Positions 54,848-64,000 of a stretch of DNA of 64,000 nucleotides are shown here, piece by piece (within the stretch, counting starts at the first letter, position 1; each line of letters begins with the position of its first letter). Source of the DNA: Lingula anatina (Eukaryota > Animalia > Brachiopoda); NCBI GenBank assembly GCA_051362555.1, contig CM120640.1, forward strand, positions 56,088,788 to 56,152,787. Direction: 5' to 3'. A program made the translations under genes and the position numbers. Under the pieces are notes generated by a model. That model saw only the letters and a list, made by a program, of their open reading frames with translations, did not search any database and was not told the DNA's origin.

Positions 54848-57800
54848 CTATACCCCAAAAGACTTACAGTACTTGACTGTTGAAAGCAATTGCAAAAGTC
54901 AATGGAAACATTTATCAAAGGTACTGCATTTCTAAGCCTGACTTCATGCAACAATTCGCAGAAACAATTTTACAAAAATATGGTTTCCCAGAAACATTTG
55001 AGCAATCACAAGACAAATTGTACTTCTTTATGGGGTAACCATGCACAGTAATACACATTTCTTCATGTTCAATTTGAGGACTTTTTGTTTTATATTGCAC
55101 AATTCATTTAATGAGGCATTCTTTTAACCTATGATGTGTATCTGATCACAATATCACCTCAGACGTTTCTCAAAGTGATTGGTTAATTTGATGCACTTAA
55201 AAGATTTATTACCTAAAAAAAACAACTTAAGTATCTATATCTCCTTAAAAAAAGTAATTCAGTGGGACTTTTAAGCATTTTTTTCATTAGTCATCCAAAT
55301 TCTGTTACTATGACAATAAAATACAACAAATTAGTATAGGCAATTTAAAACATAAATACCCAAGGAACCCCAAAACTTTGACCACATTATTTTTGAAGTC
55401 TTTGGTTATTACAGTCATAATTATACCATTAATAGTAATCAAGTTTCAAATTAAATGGAGTTTCTAATAAATCTTTTGAGTGAAATGACAATTTGATCTT
55501 GGGTTCTTGTAATAATGATTAATTGAACATCTGACACTGATTGGTTTTAATGGCCAATTAATGCAAGAACTATTATGGGGTACAGTGTGCAAGAATGACA
55601 AAACCAACATTAGAACCTGAAAGTCAGAGGGGACCAAACGAACTACTTTTGAAACAAATCAATAGGATGACTCAGTAGTATAAGTTAATGCCACATACAT
55701 TCCTCATCATAGTACAGTATTATAGTAAAAAAAAAAGGTTTTTAAGAAAATAGAAATACAATTCTATGTAAAAATAAATTGGGCCTAGCAACTATACAGC
55801 AAAGCTTCCAAATATAGTCAAGAAAAAACACTGTACTACCACTGCAAATTCTGTAAACCTCATCCAACTCAACTTAAATGCAAATCTGCCTGTTATCAAC
55901 TCAACGGTTTGAGTTATTTTGCCATATTATTGTTTATTTTATGTACTCCACGTAAGCACATGCATAAATTCAGCTTTTTTTTCTCTTCTGCATACAAAAG
56001 TAGTAACATCATACAGATACTTAATTTATCAGTGGCTATCATCAAATACAAAAGTTTTTCTAAAAGCTTTGTAATTTAATGTTTTTTTTAGCTCTCTCTA
56101 TACTCTTCCATACTCTCCTGGGGTACTGTCTTCATATTTTCAACTATACCTCTGCATATCTGTGCAGTATATGTAAATAGTACAATATTTGACTCCAAAT
56201 GGTTTGGAACAAAACAGAATTACCATTTTCAGATATCCAGGTAACAAAGTTGTAGTGCAGCAAAATAAATGCTAAAAACAGAAAGAAAATGTTGACTTAT
56301 GGAAAAACAGCAATCTTTCTACATTGACTACATCCTTTTGATGAAATCACCAAGTCTGAGGCAAAAACAGACAAACATGTATTGTGAACAAGGAACAGTT
56401 ACAAACATGCTACAAATCAAAATGTTGATGACCATGGCAGTAAAACATGGTTTCTGTTATCTACATATTCCAGTGCCAATGGTGCAATATCCAAAAATGT
56501 TAAAAATAATCAGAACTAACGAAGGAACAATGTAAGTAGGACAATTTTTGACTTTGGTCTGTATTCTAATTTTTTTGGTAGCTCCAGCAAGTTTGAATTT
56601 AAACAGAATGTCAATTGGAAGCAAAGATGAAATATATATTAAAATGAGAAAGATAATATCTTCAAAAAAAAAAAAAAAAAATCAATCCAATCAATATATA
56701 CCCTGTATAATGCAGGTCCATTTTCAAACCTCAGCTGCAGATATCCAGAGGGTAACTCAAGCAAGATAATGGCAAATGAAGACTGATTCCAAGTTAGTGT
56801 TGTAACTAGAATTGCGCATGGTTTTTAATCTGACTTAACCACTGAACTGGCTGATCACTACAAGAAGACACTTCAGGATCAGTACACAAAATAAAGAATG
56901 CTGAGCTTGAACTTACAAATACAAAAGTTTGTGAAAATTACAAGGAAAACATCTTGAGTGAATAAAATTGTGCTGCAGATGGTGCTCATTAACAGTTGAA
57001 GGTTCTGGAAGTCTCATACTATAAATCATTTCATGAAATTATACTACACTAGGCAATTCAGCATTAAAAAACAAATGAGTTTGTGTCACATAATACTGTA
57101 AGCTTCCTGTCAGCAGGAGACCATACGTGTGTATATGCCTGAATGTCTTCATTTCAGACCTTTAACAGATGGATGTGAATAATGTAACAGGTCAATGAGC
57201 CTGGCAAATATACAGACACTCAAAAGATAAAAATTTACTCAATCATATGCTTAAAGTAGAAACAAACACAATCATCAAAAATGGCAGCACACTTGCTTAG
57301 CAAGCAATGAATACATCATCTTGATTTATAAGCAAAATCATTTATTTTATACATAAAGGGCACAGTAATGCAGGAACTTTGTCATGTATATCACAGACAA
57401 CAGTCTTCTTCAAGTAGTCAGTCTGGAAAATGCACCATTTGTTCTTAATCAAAACATATAGCTTTTCAAAAATCAAATTTGAATTATTTAGAATGGAAGC
57501 AATTTGATTCATTTTATGCATAGAGTAATGCCTTTGCAATATGCCAACCCTGAGCCTCATACACTGCTTGTATTAACTAAATAACATCATAACAAAGTAT
57601 TAAAGAGATAACAACTCTATATATCATTTATGAGATAAATAATTTCACAATAAATACATTGTAAACAACACATGGAAATATAATAAATTCCAATTTCCCC
57701 CGGAATGGCAGTTTTTGCAATTATTCTAAAATCTATGGGCCACATAGAACTTCAAAGATGGTAACACTCTGTAATAATCTTAAGAAATTATAACAAAGAT

Positions 57801-60048
57801 TAAGAGATTATTACAAAGACCACACCTTAAAAAACTATTATCATTGGATGTGCGAACAGATTTATTAACTATTGACAAGTATGGGAAATGTCTAATGATA
57901 GACAACAACCAATGTATACTCAAGTGGTCTCACTGGTCTGTAATATTGCCTCTGAAGAAAAAATTGCAATTCAATGCATTAAACATTAACAGAAAAAAAT
58001 GAATGTTTAAACATATTAAGAAAGCTCAAAAAAATGGGACAAAAAAAAAAAAGAACAATATTACATAACAAGGGTTGCATTCTAGATAGCATTAACCTAT
58101 GCCAAAAAAGCTCAGTCTGTTGAGCATATTGCTCTTCAACAATTTTCTGAAAACTTTTCACAATTAACTTATGGCAACTCCCAAAGTCAACCCTTAAGCA
58201 ACAGTGAAGGCAATTAAGGCCAGAAATGTTTCAAGTAGGAGAAAATGTAGTGGATGTGAAATCTGCATTTTTTCTTAACACTGCAAATAATCTCCCTAAC
58301 AGAAAAAGAATTTGGTGTAGAATACAATTTTACCCAACACTGGAAACTTTAATCAATTTATGCCAACTGTCAAGAGCAGTTCTTCCGCACTTAAAGTGGG
58401 TATAAATGTCAAAATGTAAAGAAGTCTAACAGAAATTCTCCCACTGAGTTCACCACATAACCACAGATCCCCTTCCTCTGCATCAAAATCTATGGTCCAT
58501 GTCATTTGAGAGCATTTTTTTTTACACAAGAGACCATGCAGCTACTTCACAATGCTATTAATATACATAACAACTTTGATATTCTCTAGGATACCAAGTG
58601 AAAATGAAACAAGGCACAGTGATCAAAGTATTATTATGACCAAAGGAAAAAAAAGAATCAACTAGAATGTAACCTTGCCAATGTACAAGCTAGGACAATG
58701 GAACAAATGAAATACTTTAATACATCATAGGATATTTTTAAGATACTAGATGATCAAAAAGTAAATTCAAATCTCCATCCTTTTCACAGCGTGTTACTGA
58801 ATTTCATACCGGAAAGCACGATACATAGAATAAAAATGTTTACATTTTAAACCTTATATCTTGCCCAACCCTAACAGCACAACCACTTAAATACTTAAGG
58901 GCCCTCTGAGCGGGTTCATTGACTTACTGTAGGGTATGGTGCATCCTGGTAGACGGATATTGATATTACAAAGTCTCTGAAGGGTTTTTACTCATAAACC
59001 AAGTAAGATTTTTTAGCCTCTGAAGATCCAGAGGTAAGATGTCAAAAAAAAAAAAAAAAAAAAAATGTGAATGCTTCTTTTTTTCAGTTAATTACTTTGG
59101 TTAGCCATTACTGAGATTAGCCATCATTACAAAGATCCAGTAGTACTTAAAATGGATGTAATGGGCCTTTGGAGTTACAGATTTTGGACAAATGGACTGT
59201 TGGAGTAATGGCACATCAGAAAAAGATGCCTTTTAGTGACAGGCCTTTGGAGTAATGAACAATGAACTGTCAGAGTTCAGGGTAAGAAACCATCAGAATC
59301 ACTACCCTTCAGAGTAATGACATATCTATTTACTGTCTCTTTGGAGTGATATACACCTGCCATTGTGGCAATGAAGTATTTCTTTTTGCAAACTAAAATT
59401 TATAAAACTATGCATGCACATTGCACTTTTTAATGGGAATCATCCAAGATAGCCTAAAGAGTCAGTTTAAAGTCATAATTCTGTGGGACTTGGAATAAAG
59501 TGGGGTCAAAAATAATTGCAGAGTAGCTAGTGTGCTGTTACAACAAATAAAAAGCTGACTTTTGCACAACAGTATGCCATATTTTAGGTGTCACTTTTGT
59601 AGTTTTCTAATAAGACATTCCCTACACAAACACTTGCAGTCTTATTTAAAAAAAAAGAGTTACCCCACCTCATGGGAATTCTCATATGACATCATCAGTT
59701 TTGAAGGTCTTATTAAAGGTTATCTTGTATTATTCCAGTTAACCAATTGTGGTTTCTAAAGAGTTTGCAACACCCTTTAGATATTTCTATTGAATAATTT
59801 CACATAACTGTCATTTAGTCTTAAGAAAGTGTGACAAATAATTTTGTTTACCCTGAAGCTATATAAATATAAAAAAGCATCATATATATTTTGTTTCCAT
59901 AGTTACACAATGTCAATGATGGTACACTATTGCACATTAAAGAGAGAGAGAGAGAGAGGGAGTGGAGACTTACCCATCATGCCCTGAAGTGTGATATTCA
60001 TATTTTGAAAACCAATCATGCATCCTGTTGCTGTGCTGACCAACAACA
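41008..60048 (-). CDS. Adhesion GPCR, latrophilin (ADGRL)-like, with N-terminal C-type lectin domain; more than 950 aa, first exon not located
   Basis: 21 phase-compatible exons: 60048-59974, 54663-54526, 53729-53567, 51715-51567, 51228-50803, 50547-50447, 50309-50112, 49666-49598, 49444-49333, 49019-48809, 48398-48231, 47907-47778, 47567-47452, 46310-46208, 46000-45847, 45350-45284, 44692-44626, 44220-44141, 43488-43362, 42867-42709, 41055-41008. Domains: CTL ([22 protein letters not shown]...FVCE), Thr/Pro stalk, HRM (CPEGTVG..WWEC..GPDYSDC), GPS (WSTRGC...CACNHL|TSFAVLM), secretin-class 7TM ([45 protein letters not shown]). The outermost exons are the least certain. Confidence 0.92.
41816..41972 (+). 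mobile_element. Degenerate HINE-like copy
   Basis: Retains TAACTCAAAAGTTAT, TTTTGGTGG and GCCTTAGCC...GCACTCT..GAGTGCTTTT segments shared with 53201-53486. Confidence 0.5.
43700..43968. mobile_element. Palindromic MITE, family copy 2 (diverged, opposite orientation)
   Basis: Ends AGACTGGGTTCCCA / GAGAATGGTCTCTAA and arms CTTAGATGTCTGGCACG / CATGACAGACATCTAAG resemble 31669-31920. Confidence 0.6.
46730..47320 (-). mobile_element. Decayed 3' ORF2 fragment of an L1/Tx1-type non-LTR retrotransposon
   Basis: Minus-strand translation gives [21 protein letters not shown]...[16 protein letters not shown]...ITW, ESKL*WF, IHRILGT and CNLC...[10 protein letters not shown] (CCHC zinc knuckle), with stops and frameshifts. 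Confidence 0.75.
51969..52030. repeat. About 30-bp tandem duplication
   Basis: CTCTTACAGTGCTTTCAAATTATCTTTT occurs twice. Confidence 0.85.
53201..53486 (+). mobile_element. HINE/DINE-1-like (Helentron-derived) element, best-preserved copy
   Basis: Perfect sub-terminal inverted repeat ACCTCCGCCAAGG / CCTTGGCGGAGGT, (TGTC)n core, 3' hairpin GCGCTC-TCT-GAGTGC and CTAGTT end. Confidence 0.8.
54803..54847. repeat. (TTA)n microsatellite
   Basis: Seen directly. Confidence 0.9.
57599..57890. mobile_element. Diverged copy of the Kolobok-like element at 35115-35530
   Basis: Shares TTAAAG(A/G)GATAA(C/T)AACTCT, ATTTCACAATAAA.ACATTGTAAACAAC and ATTG.CAAGTATGG.AAA segments. Confidence 0.65.
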
Positions 60049-60718
60049 CTAGAAAAAAAGATGTTCAAATATTAATTTAATTACACTCTTTAACTAGATT
60101 TTTTTCTAAGTATGAATAAAATTCTTACAGAAATATTGTCATGTTCTTACTTATGTACAACTTGCAGAGACTTGAGCTTGATCCGTTTTCCTCGTGGCAT
60201 TATGAACAATAAACAACATTTTCTTTTTAATGAATAACAACAATAACAACCATTTTTCTAATAAATTAACAATTATGGAATTATATTAAAAAACTACTAA
60301 TGAAAGTATTTGGTACCTTAATACTATCTTTATTTAAGCAGTTAAGCAAACATTAAATGTCTACTTCTTAGAGCTTCCATTGTTAAACTAGATGATATTC
60401 ATAGCCTACTCACTTCCAGTTTCATGCAAAAACTCTGCAAATAATGTCTTAATCATAACTGCATGATGTTGATTGGTACTAGTGTACTGGTATACTTTTT
60501 GCAAAAGATTTCGAGTTGAAAACAATAGATTTATAGACCTATGCTCATCCAGTTGCTATCCACCCTAATGTTGAAGAATTAATGAATTGTGCTCTGTCAC
60601 ATAACAATTGTTATGTGTTAAAAAAGAAATTTTTGTCTCACATTTTGCATTGATATAAATGGAACTCCCAAGGGACAGACCTCTGCTAAACAGCTTAATT
60701 CTCATAATTTTTTATCAG

Positions 60719-60757
<39 letters not shown>

Positions 60758-60776
60758 ATTAACTCAATGTTCATAA

Positions 60777-60815
<39 letters not shown>
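60719..60815. repeat. (TTAC)n and (TAAA)n microsatellites
   Basis: Seen directly; bracketed by a repeated CAGCTTAATTCTCATAATT. Confidence 0.9.
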
Positions 60816-60816
<1 letters not shown>

Positions 60817-61734
60817 CAGCTTAATTCTCATAATTATTAATCATTAACAAGTCAATCAATTAACTAATTGAGTTATTTAATAACTGCTAGATTTATCATC
60901 AATAAAATCTACCCATTTTTGACTTATTCTGAAAATTTAATTAAAATTTATTACAGACAAAAGGACAAACAGACAAACAGAACCAAAAACACCACCTCCT
61001 TGTCAGAGGTAATAATTAACTAATAATTAACCATTAATTCATAAATGGTTCACCATTGAAATCTAGATGTCCTTTTTTACTTGGTTCAGCCCCTTCAGAC
61101 AATTTCTTAAAATTTTTATCAGAATTGTCCTCAACTTTTTCCATAATGCTGCTAACAGACTTGCCTGAGGTAAACAGTGGTCACAAACCATTAAAAAATA
61201 ATAAGTTAATGTATCTTTATGTACATTTGGATAAGATAATTCTCAATGATATCATTTCTCCAGATACTTGGAACATGGAACCACCCACAGTAGGCAAAGA
61301 CAGTTTGAAAGATTAACAAGATTTAACACATGTTATACTAGATCAATGTGCTTCCAACTTCAAAGTGGTGTCCCTAAGAGAACAATGCACTATGAGGTGA
61401 AGAACAAGAAACTGTACAGTCTTCACAAGTGTAAGTCTTGAACTATAACTCATTTACTGTCCATTTAGATGGAACCTTGGGAATGAATCCAACGCTTTGT
61501 CAACAGATACCCAACTACTGAAATTTGGTTATGTACATTGATCATGACGCCTGTACTAGTGCTCTTATCATTTTGTCTAGAGGGTGAGAATTGTTGTGGA
61601 TAATTGCAAAATCTGTCTTACACACCCCTTTCCACTGGATGCTTGTAATTGCATACTTCAATTTCATTAAAGATTAAAAAAATGAACTTTATAAATTGAA
61701 AAACCTTTGAGAGAGAGAGAGAGAGAGAGTCTAT

Positions 61735-62023
61735 GGCCCCATTCAGAATGGATGATCCAAGTACTAACTAATCCACCAACTAAATATGGCCGACCACACT
61801 TCAAAAGAGATACCACTGATTCTCGATGGTCTCTGCACCTTCACACACGCTGTCGCTGCAGGGGCTTAGCACTTAAACCTCAGAGCCGAGATTTAATCCA
61901 TTTAATGGCACGTGTGGAGGCAAGGAGACCATCAGGAATCAACGGCATTGCTTCTGAAGTGTGGTCAGCCATATTTAGTCAGCAGATCAGGAAGTACTTG
62001 GATCATCTATTCAGAATGGGGCC
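61735..62023. mobile_element. 289-bp fold-back MITE (Tourist/Harbinger-like)
   Basis: Imperfect inverted arms of about 115 bp: GGCCCCATTCAGAATGGATGATCCAAGTACT... / ...AGTACTTGGATCATCTATTCAGAATGGGGCC. Confidence 0.8.
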
Positions 62024-62367
62024 TACATGAAAGGAGAGTACTTCCATCTGTAATATTGGTTCTTTTTCATTTCAATGCTAATTGAATATCCACAAACCAC
62101 AACTTTTCATTTTTATTTTTTGTATACATCAGAAAAAACTCTTAAGGTGGGTTATAACACCATCACTATTGACATATAAATTGAAGTTATTACATGTGGC
62201 ACTATGTATCTGTCAGGTGCAATGGAAACATTGCCAAGCCACTGAAAGAAATTTTGAAGTATAAAGCAAAAGCAACAGCCATTTTCAATCAATTAATAAC
62301 CTTGTTATTGTTGAATGTCATGCAACATGAAGTTCCTGTCTTTCATTGTGGCTTGTTATTAAATAAG

Positions 62368-62520
62368 AGACCATTCCCACAGATATTTAGATCAATTTAT
62401 CCCCCAGGAGAGTCTCACTGAATTGCTGTCAACTTGGCCGTCTTAAATGTTTGTCATGCCTAGTAAAGCTGTTAGAGGGTAATTATCTTTAGCCTAGCTG
62501 ATTTGGTAGGCATGACAGTC
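62368..62520. mobile_element. Palindromic MITE, family copy 3 (truncated)
   Basis: AGACCATTCCCACAGATATTTAGA...GAGTCTCACT.AATTGCTGTCAACTTGGCC is nearly identical to the start of 31669-31920. Confidence 0.8.
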
Positions 62521-64000
62521 TAATATTCACCTTTTATATTTCCTTTAGTTCTTCTGACAGCCCTGTTCATATAGTCCAACTCATTCTTTTTCATAATTTG
62601 ATATCAAAATACTGTACCTGTAACCAATTGTCCCAATTCAAAAGTTGAGTTATCTCTTGAATCATGGATATTTGGCATAAATTCCATATTACTATTTCTG
62701 ATCTCTGCAGTTGCTGTAACCTTCTGCAACAAGACTGGACCATTGACATAAAGTTTCTACGTATATGTGGCTCAGAAAAAATCTTGGTGCCAACAGAAAG
62801 GTAAAAAAACAAGGGTGAGGCATGTCCGCAACCATCAATTAATGTATCCTTGCTATCATCATTTACCAGAGACTACTGGCAAAAGCAGCTACATGTATGT
62901 ACCTCAGACACCTATGATGGATATATGCTGCAGTATACATGTTGTACAATGAGGGAGTGACACACACCTTGCAGGGACCAAGCACAAGTTTCATTCATTA
63001 CACAAAACAGCATTTTAACAATAATATTTCCATATGTAGTTTTAACATTAATGGAAACTGTTAAAGGGCACGCTCTTTGTACATAAAAAGAAGATATACT
63101 TTTTTTATTAATCTCAATTCAACTTTCTTTTTAAGATACTGTAGTAACAAACCATTTAGTTTAGTTGAAAAATGTTTTTTAATGTTAGCAAGTCACTTTT
63201 GCTAAAATAGCAAATCTTATATTTTGACTTGGCAATTGAGTTCCACAACAACAATACAATTGCTGCACATCAAAAATATAATCCATTTCCAAGAACAGGT
63301 TGCTAAAGTGATTCAATTTGAAAGGTGAAACATGTAAATCCTCACCAGCTGATGAGGTACAACTAATAAAGACCTAAACCGTGTTTCCAGCTCTGTCTTC
63401 ATGAATGTTACAAGTGGAACCCTAGTTCAACCAGAAAGCACTATAACCATGCATAGACTGCACACTTAAGACAACAGTTACTAAATTATCAACTCCAGTC
63501 ATACTTCATTGTGGGTTTTTCCCCCCATTGAAAAGATAAAGTGATTACTGTATGGGTCCTGAGACTTTTGAATTAACATAACACTGGTGACTTAAGACAG
63601 ATAGGTAAAAGGGTCAAGATAGAATGATATGTTGTCTGTGGAACTCATCATTCAAGGTCTTTATGTCCTAACAACTTAGGTCACTTGAGCTGGGTTAAAC
63701 CTGACCAGCATTTATGACCACTTGTATAGATGAAACCTTCTAAATAAATTCAGTACAGTGTACCTTTGTACACTATTATGAATTTTATCCTATACTTAAT
63801 GAAAGTATTCAAAATAGTTGTGTGTACAGTTAACATTCAGATGTGGCTGTTGATCAAATAAAATTGGGTGAAGGAGCATAGCTAAACCAATATTTACATT
63901 ATTTGCCCATCCTTTGACTTTTTGCTTAAAGATCCTCTTTACCGTTAAGTACCTAATTTAAATGCTAATATTTGCCTTGCCTTCTAAAACATTCTTGAGC

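Noticed and set aside
59150-59360. Short irregular repeats of TTGGAGTAATG separated by variable spacers (CRISPR-like look)
   Set aside because: Eukaryotic intron, repeats short and degenerate, no cas genes; most consistent with a decayed minisatellite.

Overview
AT-rich, intron-rich animal genomic DNA, probably from a marine invertebrate (lophotrochozoan-like, inferred from gene and repeat content). I assembled the genes by hand from GT-AG splice sites and checked reading-frame phase at every junction. In order, the window holds: (1) the 3' part of H6PD (G6PD-like dehydrogenase fused to 6-phosphogluconolactonase, + strand); (2) a small 3-exon gene (- strand) for a secreted prohormone-like precursor (signal peptide, short propeptide, KR, 43-aa four-cysteine peptide, RRKR, acidic tail) with remote CHH/ITP-like features; (3) a type II Golgi carbohydrate sulfotransferase of the CHST1/3/4/5 group (- strand); (4) head-to-head with it, a 602-aa protein with about 9 LRRs and a C-terminal TIR domain but no signal peptide or transmembrane helix (+ strand); (5) a probably broken gene for a secreted permuted papain-like (PPPDE/LRAT-type) protein; (6) a latrophilin-like adhesion GPCR with C-type lectin, Thr-rich stalk, HRM, GAIN/GPS, 7TM and a PDZ-type tail (- strand, 21 exons found, first exon not located). 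Introns and spacers contain many non-autonomous DNA transposons, a decayed L1/Tx1 fragment, a degenerate satellite and microsatellites. The best candidates for something undescribed are the four-cysteine prohormone and the soluble LRR-TIR protein. No database searches were run; family assignments come from motif recognition.
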